Below are positions 1 through 8,323 of a stretch of 64,000 nt of DNA, one piece after another. Source of the DNA: an uncultured Clostridia bacterium. GTDB taxonomy: Bacteria > Bacillota > Clostridia > TANB77 > CAG-465. The position numbers and the translations under genes are program-made. The stretch is taken from assembly GCA_947631415.1 (NCBI GenBank), contig CANRLG010000002.1, forward strand, positions 15,661 through 79,660, read 5' to 3'. The notes under the pieces were generated by a model. The model ran no database searches, was not told the origin of the DNA, and was given only the letters and a program-made list of their open reading frames with translations. Each line of letters begins with the position of its first letter. Within the stretch, counting starts at the first letter, position 1.

Positions 1-950
1 ATGAAGTATATTTAAAATATACTGATAGGGTGGAAAAATTTAGTATAGATGAGTCTTTCTTAGATGTGACTGAAAGCACAAATATTTTTGGTACACCTTA
101 TGAAATAGCATATAAGATAAAGGAAGAAATTAAGCATAGATACGGACTTACTATATCTGTTGGCGTATCATTTTGTAAGGTATTTGCTAAATTGGGTAGC
201 GATTTAAAGAAACCTGATGCTATTACAGTATTAGATGAGAAAAATTATAAAGAGAAAATTTATGATTTGCCAGTAGAATATTTATTATATGTAGGTAAAA
301 ATACTACTTTAAAACTAAATAAACTAGGTGTAAAAACAATAGGAGATTTAGCAAAAAGTAATAAATATAGAATAGTAAAACATTTAGGAAAATTAGGAGA
401 ACAAATATATAACTATGCAATTGGAAATGATACAGATGAAGTAAAATATTATTATATAAAAGAAGAAAGAAAAAGTATAAGTAAGGGAATTACCTTTAGT
501 CAGGATATCTCTGATAGTATTCAAATAGAAAAAGAACTTTTAAAGTTAACAAGTGAAATATCTCACGAATTACGAGTTAAAAAATTAAGGGCAAATGTTA
601 TTCAAATAGGTATTAAAGATACAAATTTCATATCTAGTACAAGACAGAAAAAAGTAGAGGAAACAAATCTTTATGATGATATGTCTAAGTACGTATTAGA
701 ACTATTTAGAGATAATTATGTTCAAGGAACACTTATTAGATTTGTTAGTGTTGGAGCAACTGGTCTTAAAAGTGAAGATGAACAAAAACAATTAAGTATA
801 TTTTCTTTAGTTGATGAAGAAAAAAATTTAGATAAAGAAAAATATACTAAAAAGAAAGTAGAAGTAGCAAAAACTATGGATAAATTGAAAGAAAAATTTG
901 GAGATAAAATAGACTATGCGAGTGTATTAAACACAAAAAATAAAAATTAG
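1..950 (+). CDS. dinB: Y-family DNA polymerase (DinB/Pol IV-like), 5'-partial; the ORF is open to the window start
   Basis: Translation has the Y-family palm/little-finger motifs (FLDVTES..., ISVGVS.CK.FAKL.SDLKKPD..TVL). The reading frame has no stop back to position 3. Stop at 950. Confidence 0.7.
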   Translation, partial: EVYLKYTDRVEKFSIDESFLDVTESTNIFGTPYEIAYKIKEEIKHRYGLTISVGVSFCKVFAKLGSDLKKPDAITVLDEKNYKEKIYDLPVEYLLYVGKNTTLKLNKLGVKTIGDLAKSNKYRIVKHLGKLGEQIYNYAIGNDTDEVKYYYIKEERKSISKGITFSQDISDSIQIEKELLKLTSEISHELRVKKLRANVIQIGIKDTNFISSTRQKKVEETNLYDDMSKYVLELFRDNYVQGTLIRFVSVGATGLKSEDEQKQLSIFSLVDEEKNLDKEKYTKKKVEVAKTMDKLKEKFGDKIDYASVLNTKNKN

Positions 951-953
951 GTG

Positions 954-982
954 TTGACATTTAATTTTATTTGAGTTAATAT
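954..982 (+). promoter_or_regulatory. sigma-A-like promoter (TTGACA, 17-nt spacer, TAATAT) driving a roughly 330-nt leader ahead of the DAHP synthase gene
   Basis: TTGACA at 954-959 and TAATAT at 977-982, read directly from the sequence. Confidence 0.45.
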
Positions 983-1246
983 AAAAACAATTACTTTAAG
1001 TTTGAAAGGAAGTGAATTTTAAGTGAGCGCAAATATAAATAATGTATTTTATTTTGTATATTATTTTGGTTTCTTAGGCTTTTATTTTAGCGTAAGATTT
1101 TTTGCGTACTTAAAAAACATATATAAAGTTCAGATGAGAAGTAATGATAAGATAGTTTTGGAATACTAAGAGTATATTAATTTAGCCATGGAAAATAAAA
1201 TATATTCCTAGTAGTACAAATAGAAAATAAAAAGTATATGAAATAT

Positions 1247-1281
1247 CAGAGAGTCTCAGATGAACGAGGCTCTCTTTTTTG
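1247..1281 (+). terminator. intrinsic terminator or attenuator hairpin (AGAGAG..CTCTCT stem plus T6) placed 35 nt before the aroF start codon
   Basis: Inverted repeat cagagagtctc...gaggctctc followed by tttttt. Its position inside a 5' leader suggests a conditional attenuator. Confidence 0.5.
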
Positions 1282-1316
1282 CGTAGTCAAAAAAATTTTT
1301 ATAGGAGGTAATTTTT

Positions 1317-2339
1317 ATGATAATTAAATTAAATAAACAAATAGGAGAAGAAGAATTAGAAAAAATTAAAAGCGAAATATTAAAAAATAATGAGAATGTT
1401 AGAGTAGTAGTTAACGAGTCTCAAAATGAAAAAATACTTGGAATTATTGGAGAAAATAAGAATGTAGATGTAAGTTCAATACAAGAAAATTCAAATGTAT
1501 TACAGATTTGTAAGATAGATGAACCATATAAACTTGCAAATAGAAAAGTTCATCCAGAAGATACTATTATAGATTTTGGCGATGGAGATAAAGTAGGAGC
1601 AGATAAAATAATGATGATTGCAGGTCCTTGCTCTGTTGAAAGCGAAGAACAAATAGTCGAAATTGCTAAAAGAGTTAAAGAGGCAGGTGCTACTTTCTTA
1701 AGAGGAGGTGCTTTTAAACCTAGAACTTCACCTTATTCTTTTCAAGGACTTAAATATGAAGGTCTAGAATTACTTAAGAAAGCTAGAGAGGCAACTGGTC
1801 TTAAGATAGTAACTGAAATAATGTCCTCAGATGATTTAGAAGTTTTTGAAAAAGATGTAGATGTAATTCAAGTAGGTGCAAGAAATATGCAAAATTTTGA
1901 TTTGCTAAAAAAACTAGGTAAAAGTAGAAAACCAATATTACTTAAACGTGGAATTGCATCAACTATTGAAGAATGGTTAATGTCTGCAGAATATATAATG
2001 TCAGAGGGAAATCAAAATGTAATTCTATGCGAAAGAGGAATTAGAACTTATGAGCAAATGACTAGAAATACTTTGGATATTTCAGCAGTTCCGTTGATAA
2101 AGAAAATGAGTCATTTACCAATTATTATAGACCCAAGTCATGCAGCAGGAATAAGATGGATGGTAGAACCATTATCTAAAGCAGCCGTTGCTTCTGGATG
2201 TGATGGATTGATTATTGAAGTACATAATAATCCAGAAAAAGCATTAAGTGATGGAAAACAATCTATAACACCAGATATGTATGATAACATTGTAAATCAA
2301 TTAAAACCTATTGCAAGTGCGGTAAATAGAGTAATCTAA
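1317..2339 (+). CDS. aroF: 3-deoxy-7-phosphoheptulonate (DAHP) synthase, type I-beta, with an N-terminal ferredoxin-like regulatory domain
   Basis: KDO8P/DAHP synthase core motifs (IAGPCSVES, FLRGGAFKPRTSPYSFQG, ISAVPLIKK..HLPIIIDPSH) plus an extra N-terminal domain of about 90 aa. An RBS (aggaggt) lies upstream. Confidence 0.8.
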   Translation: MIIKLNKQIGEEELEKIKSEILKNNENVRVVVNESQNEKILGIIGENKNVDVSSIQENSNVLQICKIDEPYKLANRKVHPEDTIIDFGDGDKVGADKIMMIAGPCSVESEEQIVEIAKRVKEAGATFLRGGAFKPRTSPYSFQGLKYEGLELLKKAREATGLKIVTEIMSSDDLEVFEKDVDVIQVGARNMQNFDLLKKLGKSRKPILLKRGIASTIEEWLMSAEYIMSEGNQNVILCERGIRTYEQMTRNTLDISAVPLIKKMSHLPIIIDPSHAAGIRWMVEPLSKAAVASGCDGLIIEVHNNPEKALSDGKQSITPDMYDNIVNQLKPIASAVNRVI

Positions 2340-2433
2340 TTAATATTTCAAGTTTTAGATAACTTTGTCTTTTAAAGTTGAATTTTTTGGCAATTTATTG
2401 TAAGCTATAACTATATTAAAAGAGGAGAATATT

Positions 2434-4014
2434 ATGGCAAAAAAATCAACTAAGACAAGAATTTCTTTTATAACTTTTTTAATAATTATTGGAGTTTTAG
2501 CAATAGTTTTGGGAACAAGTTATAATAAAATAAAAAGTAAAATAGATAAAATTAATGTTAATAATAAAGCAGAATTAAAAGGATACATTGAATTATTAAA
2601 AACCGAAGATACAAAACATATATTTATAGGGGAAAATAAGAAACTTTATGAATATAACGGATATATATCAATGTCAGATTTTTATGATAATAAAGCTTGT
2701 GTATCAAAATTAGATGATAATGATAGAAAGATATATGCTTTAATAGATAAAAATGAAAAGGAAATTGTTCCTTTTGGAGAATATGAATACATATCTCAGC
2801 TTTCTGATGGAAAGTACTATGTTGTAGAAAAAGAGGGCAAGCAGGGGATAATAGATAATACAGGAAAGATTATTATTGATACAGCATATAACCTTGTAAC
2901 AGATAGAAAAATGGAAGTAGATGATGGAGAACATGTTTTTATCTGTAAATCTAATGATGATGAATACCATTATCTAAATGAAGAAGGAAAAGAATATGTT
3001 TCATTACAGTCTTTATCTACAGTAGAATTTTATTCAGTAAAAAAAGGTAGTATTCCAGTTATAAGTATATCAGGTGTATTATATAATAGTAGCACTTGTC
3101 AAAAAATATGTAATTTATCAGATATTAGAATGTTCTATAATAATATAGCCACTTATGATAATAAATATGAAGTATATGATTTAGATTTAAACTTAATAGA
3201 AACAGTTGAATGTCCAAATGCAATAAGTATATACGCATCTTCGTATGATGCAATTTATTCTGTAGTGGAAATTAACTTAAATTCAAATGCCACAGAAGAT
3301 GAATTGAATAATAAATTTATACTATATGATGAAAAAGGGAAAGTAATAACTAAATCTAAAGATGGAATAGCTATACATAAAATAGATAATAAAACTTATT
3401 TCTTAAAACAAGATAATTCAAATTTAAAAGTTTTAAATGAAAGTGGTAATGAATTATTTGAAATGAAAGACTATAGACTACCAATTAATTATAGCGAAAC
3501 TCCATATATTACAGCATCAAAGAATGGTAGTAGTCAATATGAATTATTTGATGAAAAAGGAAAATTGGTTAAAACTGATAGTGTAAGAAGTGAATTAGTA
3601 CAACCAGATGGAGATATGGAAAAAGATTATATGGTAATTACTATGTCTCTTAAAGAGAGTGGATATGATACATACTTATTGTTGAAAGATTTAACTAAAA
3701 TTAAAGTTGAGCCTTCTATAGATAAAGTAGAAAAATATAAAAATCATATTTTAACAAGTGATAGTAAATTAAATGAGGTTCATTTATATAATAAAGAAAC
3801 TCAAGTAGGAGAAAATATATCAGGTACTCATGTTAACCAAATTGGTACTTATTCAATTATAAGAGCAGAAGATACATACACAGTAGTCGACCTTGCAACT
3901 TTAAATATAACATTCTCTTTTAAAACAGAAGAACTAGTAGAAGTACATAATCAAAGTGGTGTTATTGAGCTTACATCTGGTGTATATGACCTTGATGGAA
4001 ATAAGATACTTTAA
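2434..4014 (+). CDS. membrane-anchored WG-repeat (KWG-like beta-repeat) protein of unknown function
   Basis: N-terminal TM helix, then repeated K.G.ID..GK.VI/YD-type motifs (KIYALIDKNEKEIVPFGEYEY, KQGIIDNTGKIII). RBS aagaggag upstream. Confidence 0.5.
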   Translation: MAKKSTKTRISFITFLIIIGVLAIVLGTSYNKIKSKIDKINVNNKAELKGYIELLKTEDTKHIFIGENKKLYEYNGYISMSDFYDNKACVSKLDDNDRKIYALIDKNEKEIVPFGEYEYISQLSDGKYYVVEKEGKQGIIDNTGKIIIDTAYNLVTDRKMEVDDGEHVFICKSNDDEYHYLNEEGKEYVSLQSLSTVEFYSVKKGSIPVISISGVLYNSSTCQKICNLSDIRMFYNNIATYDNKYEVYDLDLNLIETVECPNAISIYASSYDAIYSVVEINLNSNATEDELNNKFILYDEKGKVITKSKDGIAIHKIDNKTYFLKQDNSNLKVLNESGNELFEMKDYRLPINYSETPYITASKNGSSQYELFDEKGKLVKTDSVRSELVQPDGDMEKDYMVITMSLKESGYDTYLLLKDLTKIKVEPSIDKVEKYKNHILTSDSKLNEVHLYNKETQVGENISGTHVNQIGTYSIIRAEDTYTVVDLATLNITFSFKTEELVEVHNQSGVIELTSGVYDLDGNKIL

Positions 4015-4063
4015 AACTTAGTTGGTAAGTAAGAATGATTAATATAAAAAATGTTAAAAAAAT

Positions 4064-4098
4064 AATAACAAGGAAATAATCCTTGCTATTATTTTTTT
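4064..4098. terminator. bidirectional intrinsic terminator between the convergent WG-repeat gene and porB
   Basis: aataacaagg...ccttgctatt hairpin followed by attttttt. On the opposite strand it is preceded by an A-run. Confidence 0.4.
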
Positions 4099-4104
4099 GT
4101 ATTA

Positions 4105-5064
4105 TTACTCTGCTTGTTCTTTCTTTTGAGTAGCTTCTTCCATCATAAGTAAGAAGTTCCATTTTCTATCTATTTCAGCTTGAAGTTCTTCAATCATCCA
4201 TTCATTTCCTGGTTTAAACATGTGCTTAAATCTCTTTTGAGTTTTTAGAAATTCTTCAACTGGTAGTTTGTTTGCTGGTTTGTAATTTACTTTGTAAACA
4301 CCATTTTCTACTTCGTAAAGAGGCCAGAAACAAGTATTTACAGCAAGTTTTTCAATTTCAGCTAAATCTTCAGTAGGATATCCCCATCCTCTAGGACATG
4401 GAGAAAATGCAGCAATAAAAGTAGGTCCCTCAGTATAGATAGCTTTTTCAGCTTTAGTATAAATATCTGAAAGATTTCCAAATAGAGCTGTTTGTGCTAC
4501 ATAAGGAAGATTATGTTGTACCATTATTTCAGTTAAATCTTTTCTAGGTTGTGTTTTTCCAGGTATTACTTTTCCAGCTGGAGAAGTAGTTGTATCTGCA
4601 AAATGTGGAGTAGAAGATGAACGTTGAGTTCCTGTATTCATATATGCTCCGTTATCATAACATACATAAGTTATATCATGACATCTCTCCATTGCACCAG
4701 AAAGTGATTGTAACCCTATATCTAGTGTACCACCATCACCACCAACTGCAATAAACTTTGTATTTTGTTTAACTTTTCCTTCTTTTTTCAACTTTTCATA
4801 AGTTTTTTGAGCTCCAGATAAAGTAGCACTTGCACATTCAAATGCAGTGTGTATAAATGATACATGTTTCCATGAAGTATATGGATAAATAAATGTAGAT
4901 ACTTCTAAACAACCTGTTGCACAAGAAACAACAGCATTATCTTCTGGTTTTAAAGCTCTTAATACATTTCTAATTGCTGGAGGAGCTCCACATCCAGCAC
5001 ACATTCTATGCCCAGAAACAAGTCTAGATTCTTTTTCTACAGCAGTTTTTAAATTATATGCCAT
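4105..5064 (-). CDS. porB: 2-oxoacid:ferredoxin oxidoreductase, beta (TPP-binding) subunit
   Basis: TPP/Fe-S motifs (CAGCG, IAVGGDGGTLDIG). Follows the alpha subunit in a gamma-delta-alpha-beta operon. Substrate (pyruvate, 2-ketoisovalerate or other) cannot be decided from sequence. Confidence 0.75.
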   Translation of the reverse strand: MAYNLKTAVEKESRLVSGHRMCAGCGAPPAIRNVLRALKPEDNAVVSCATGCLEVSTFIYPYTSWKHVSFIHTAFECASATLSGAQKTYEKLKKEGKVKQNTKFIAVGGDGGTLDIGLQSLSGAMERCHDITYVCYDNGAYMNTGTQRSSSTPHFADTTTSPAGKVIPGKTQPRKDLTEIMVQHNLPYVAQTALFGNLSDIYTKAEKAIYTEGPTFIAAFSPCPRGWGYPTEDLAEIEKLAVNTCFWPLYEVENGVYKVNYKPANKLPVEEFLKTQKRFKHMFKPGNEWMIEELQAEIDRKWNFLLMMEEATQKKEQAE

Positions 5065-5075
5065 TTGTCTACCTC

Positions 5076-6251
5076 CTAATTATCATATCCTAAATAGTAT
5101 GTTGTTTTTTCAGGCATACCATTTTTAGATATATCTACTAATTTTTCATATATTGATTCAATGTCATCTACTTTAACATCAACACCACCTAAACCATAAA
5201 TGTAGTTTACAGTAGGAACAGTTAATCCTTTAGAGTACATTGCAGAAGTTAGTTCTGTAAATAGTGGTGCAGCATAGCCGTTTACACTATCACATTTATC
5301 TAATATAGCTAAAGCTTTTAGATTTTTTAACTCCTCTGGAATTTCTGAATAAGGAAGTGGTCTAAATGCTCTTGGTTTTAATAGTCCAGCTTTGATACCT
5401 TTTTCTCTAAGATTATCTATTGCATCTTTAGCAGTACCAACAGTTGAATTTAGAACTACTATACCAACTTCAGCATCATCTAACATATATTTTTCATATA
5501 AGTCATATTTTCTTCCTGTTAAGTTATAGAATTCTTCTGAAACTTCTTTAATAATATCTTTAGCACCACGAATTGCATCTGCAAGTTGTTTTCTGTGTTC
5601 AAAATAATATTTTTGAAGGTCCATAGGTCCCATAGATATATCTCTGTTATCATCTAAAAGATATTGATTTGGTTTTCTTTCACCAACAAATTTTTTAACT
5701 TCTTCATCTTCAATTAACATTATATTTTCAACTGAGTGAGAAGTAATAAATCCATCATAGCAAACCATTACAGGAATGCTTGCACGTTCTGCAATCTTAA
5801 CAGCCATGATAGTGTTATCATAAGCTTCTTGATTGTTCTCACAATATAGTTGAATAAATCCTGCATCTCTTACACCCATAGAATCTGAATGGTCGTTATG
5901 AATGTTTAATGGTGCAGATAATGCTCTGTTTCCACATATTAGAGTTAAAGGCAATCTCATACCAGCTGCAATATATAACATTTCAAACATATATGCAAGA
6001 CCTTGAGATGATGTAGCACTCATAACTCTACCACCAGCGGCTGCGGCTCCAATACATGCACTCATTGCACTGTGTTCGCTCTCAACAGCAATAAACTGTG
6101 TATCAACCTCGCCATTTGCAACGAAGTTAGAAAAGTATTGAGGAACTTCAGTTGAAGGAGTGATAGGGTAGGCAGCAACAGTATCTGGATTTATTTGTCT
6201 CATAGCTGTAGCAACAGCTTCGTTTCCACTTAATCTTTCTCTAATAGCCAT
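5076..6251 (-). CDS. porA: 2-oxoacid:ferredoxin oxidoreductase, alpha subunit
   Basis: POR/VOR alpha-subunit length and architecture. Sits 11 nt upstream of the beta subunit. Confidence 0.75.
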   Translation of the reverse strand: MAIRERLSGNEAVATAMRQINPDTVAAYPITPSTEVPQYFSNFVANGEVDTQFIAVESEHSAMSACIGAAAAGGRVMSATSSQGLAYMFEMLYIAAGMRLPLTLICGNRALSAPLNIHNDHSDSMGVRDAGFIQLYCENNQEAYDNTIMAVKIAERASIPVMVCYDGFITSHSVENIMLIEDEEVKKFVGERKPNQYLLDDNRDISMGPMDLQKYYFEHRKQLADAIRGAKDIIKEVSEEFYNLTGRKYDLYEKYMLDDAEVGIVVLNSTVGTAKDAIDNLREKGIKAGLLKPRAFRPLPYSEIPEELKNLKALAILDKCDSVNGYAAPLFTELTSAMYSKGLTVPTVNYIYGLGGVDVKVDDIESIYEKLVDISKNGMPEKTTYYLGYDN

Positions 6252-6262
6252 ATATATCCTCC

Positions 6263-6529
6263 TTATTCTTCTTCAGATTTCATTTCTATTGCTTTGAATG
6301 GACATACTTTTGCACATACACCGCATCCTTTACAATAGTCATAATCTATACCTTCTAATATTCCATCTTTGTGTTTTATACAGTCATCTGGACAATATCC
6401 AACACAAAACATACAGTTTTTACATTTTTCTTTATCATGTACAGGATATTTGTTTCTCCAAGAGCCTGTTTTAAATTCTAAAGAGTTACCATCTTTTAAG
6501 ACAGCTCCTCCAAATCCAATTTCACTCAT
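6263..6529 (-). CDS. porD: 2-oxoacid:ferredoxin oxidoreductase, delta subunit (2x[4Fe-4S] ferredoxin)
   Basis: Two CxxCxxCxxxCP clusters (CKNCMFCVGYCP, CKGCGVCAKVCP). Confidence 0.8.
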   Translation of the reverse strand: MSEIGFGGAVLKDGNSLEFKTGSWRNKYPVHDKEKCKNCMFCVGYCPDDCIKHKDGILEGIDYDYCKGCGVCAKVCPFKAIEMKSEEE

Positions 6530-7104
6530 TATTCATTACCTCCTGCAACTTCATCGTATGCACGTTTTACTATTTCCATATTTGGTGCAATTACTTCAGG
6601 CTTTCTTGCAAATTTGTGCTTGAAAGAGCCCTCCATATCTTTTAATAATTCATCTTTTGTCATTATTCCAGTTACATGAACAATTGCAGAAAGCATTGCT
6701 GTGTTAGGAAAATTCGCTTTTAAACATTCCATACTAATTTTTGTAGCATCGATTGTATAAATTTTTCCTGTGTAACCGTTTAGGTATTGCCTTAGTTCTT
6801 CTGGTTTTCTGCTAGTATTAATTAAAATACCGCCATTTGGATTTAATCCATTAGTAACATCGACAGCTTCAAGTAGTGTATCATCTACAACTACTACATA
6901 ATCAGGTTCATAAATATTTGAATGAACTCTGATAGGGGTATCACTAATTCTGTTGTATGCAGTTATTGGAGCACCCATTCTTTCAGGACCATATTCTGGA
7001 AAACCTTGAATATATTTTCCTGTGTTGAATGCTGCGTCTGCAAGTAACAGAGATGCAGTTTTAGCACCTTGTCCACCACGACCGTGCCATCTAATTTCAA
7101 TCAT
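6529..7104 (-). CDS. porG: 2-oxoacid:ferredoxin oxidoreductase, gamma subunit
   Basis: POR gamma family (MIEIRWHGRGGQGAKTASLLLA...). Its stop overlaps the start of the delta subunit. Confidence 0.75.
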   Translation of the reverse strand: MIEIRWHGRGGQGAKTASLLLADAAFNTGKYIQGFPEYGPERMGAPITAYNRISDTPIRVHSNIYEPDYVVVVDDTLLEAVDVTNGLNPNGGILINTSRKPEELRQYLNGYTGKIYTIDATKISMECLKANFPNTAMLSAIVHVTGIMTKDELLKDMEGSFKHKFARKPEVIAPNMEIVKRAYDEVAGGNE

Positions 7105-7225
7105 AAAAAAGCCTCCTTTATCTTGAGAATAAACACATCAATAATCTAAATATTAACGCTACCACTAGTATATACTTAATGGTATTAAAAGTCAAGAAAA
7201 AACAAGAGTACAACTCGTTTAAAAA

Positions 7226-7262
7226 ATATAAAAAAGATGCCTAAAAAATAGGCATCTTAGTA
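7226..7262 (-). terminator. intrinsic terminator downstream of the collagen-like gene
   Basis: AAGATGCCTA/TAGGCATCTT perfect hairpin, followed on the minus strand by a T-rich run. Confidence 0.5.
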
Positions 7263-7275
7263 GTTATAATATAGA

Positions 7276-8259
7276 TTAAGCTCCTGTAGCTCCAGTAGGC
7301 CCTTGTGGTATTGTAAGATTTAGCACAAAGTTTGGAGCAGTTCCAGTTATTGTTGCAGCAGCATCAGTTCCTGGAGCTCCTGTTGTTACAGTACCAATAG
7401 TTAAAACTGGTGTTTCTCCATCTGCACCAGCAGGTCCAGTAGCACCAACAGCACCATCGGCACCCGCAGGACCAGTTGGCCCAGTAACTCCAGTAGGTCC
7501 AGTAGGTCCAGTTATACCTTGAATACCTTGAGGACCAGTAGCACCAACAGCACCATCAGTACCTGCAGGACCAGTTGGGCCAGTAACTCCTGTAGGTCCA
7601 GTAGGACCAGTTATACCTTGAATACCTTGAGGACCAGTAGCACCAATAGCACCATCAGCACCCGCAGGACCAGTTGGACCAGTAACTCCAGTAGGTCCAG
7701 TAGGACCAGTTATACCTTGAATACCTTGAGGACCAGTAGCACCAACAGCACCATCAGCACCCGCAGGACCAGTTGGGCCAGTGACTCCTGTAGGTCCAGT
7801 AGGACCGGCTATACCTTGAATACCTTGAGGACCAGTAGCACCAATAGCACCATCAGCCCCCGCAGGACCAGTTGGTCCAGTCGCACCAGTAGGTCCAATA
7901 GGACCAGTTGCTCCTGTAACTCCTATTAATCCAATACCTGGTGCACCTTGTGGTCCAGTAGGCCCTTGAGGTCCTTGAGGTCCAGTCGCACCTGTTGCAC
8001 CTGTTACACCTTGTATACCTTGAGGTCCAGTTGTTCCTGGAACACCTTGAAATCCTTGTACTCCTTGAGGCCCTGTAGGTCCCATTGGCCCAGTAGGTCC
8101 TATAGCACAATTAGTACAAATTATTGGACTAGGTCTACAGTTACATCCGTTGTTTGTGTTATTATTGCAATTGTTGTTATTATTCCAATTGTTATTGCAA
8201 TTATTATTGCAGTTGTTATTCCAATTACAATTGTTTTTATTACAGTCAAAATAGTTCAT
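7276..8259 (-). CDS. collagen-like triple-helix repeat protein (GPT/GXY repeats) with a poly-Asn/Cys N-terminal head; BclA-like candidate spore-surface protein
   Basis: N-terminus [21 protein letters not shown]... followed by about 230 aa of uninterrupted G-X-Y triplets ([19 protein letters not shown]...) and a short non-collagen C-terminus. Confidence 0.75.
   Translation of the reverse strand: MNYFDCNKNNCNWNNNCNNNCNNNWNNNNNCNNNTNNGCNCRPSPIICTNCAIGPTGPMGPTGPQGVQGFQGVPGTTGPQGIQGVTGATGATGPQGPQGPTGPQGAPGIGLIGVTGATGPIGPTGATGPTGPAGADGAIGATGPQGIQGIAGPTGPTGVTGPTGPAGADGAVGATGPQGIQGITGPTGPTGVTGPTGPAGADGAIGATGPQGIQGITGPTGPTGVTGPTGPAGTDGAVGATGPQGIQGITGPTGPTGVTGPTGPAGADGAVGATGPAGADGETPVLTIGTVTTGAPGTDAAATITGTAPNFVLNLTIPQGPTGATGA
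7420..7900. repeat. 99-bp tandem repeat, about 4.5 near-identical copies, each encoding a 33-aa collagen unit
   Basis: Units start at 7442, 7541, 7640, 7739 and 7838. Only a few substitutions differ between copies. Confidence 0.85.
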
Positions 8260-8323
8260 AAATAACTCCTTTTTCTTATTTGATAGCTATCTATAATACT
8301 ATATGAATATAGGACAAGATTTG

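Noticed and set aside
2740-2970. Small antisense ORFs inside real genes (for example 2740..2970, 3971..4162, 9216..9479, 11535..11726, 12858..13127, 13430..13645, 16427..16807, 18329..18547, 19046..19486, 20414..20731, 24101..24322, 27075..27399, 28517..28771, 28918..29223, 29634..29852, 29865..30077, 41942..42497, 43200..43499, 44711..45008, 46227..46439, 47221..47706, 48124..48315, 48375..48794, 50770..50952, 51625..51879, 55020..55280, 55997..56212, 57256..57456, 57873..58058, 59227..59463, 60552..60743, 61379..61934, 62080..62268, 62461..62643, 62975..63181)
   Set aside because: AT-rich genomes yield many chance ORFs. These overlap strongly supported genes on the opposite strand or in another frame, have low-complexity Ile/Leu/Phe/Ser-rich translations and lack RBSs.
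6369-6623. 84-aa plus-strand ORF across the porD/porG junction
   Set aside because: Entirely antisense to two well-supported ferredoxin-oxidoreductase subunits.
7420-7900. Possibility that the regular 99-bp repeats are a CRISPR array
   Set aside because: Units are contiguous with no unique spacers, and are in-frame and coding (33-aa collagen units). No cas genes or leader are present.
7519-8265. Long ORFs 7519..7929 (+), 7853..8110 (-) and 7948..8265 (+) overlapping the collagen-like gene
   Set aside because: They are alternative-frame or antisense readings of the GC-richer 99-bp tandem repeats and give Ser/Thr/Arg-rich nonsense. The minus-strand GXY frame is the only one with protein-like repeat logic, a start, an RBS and a terminator.
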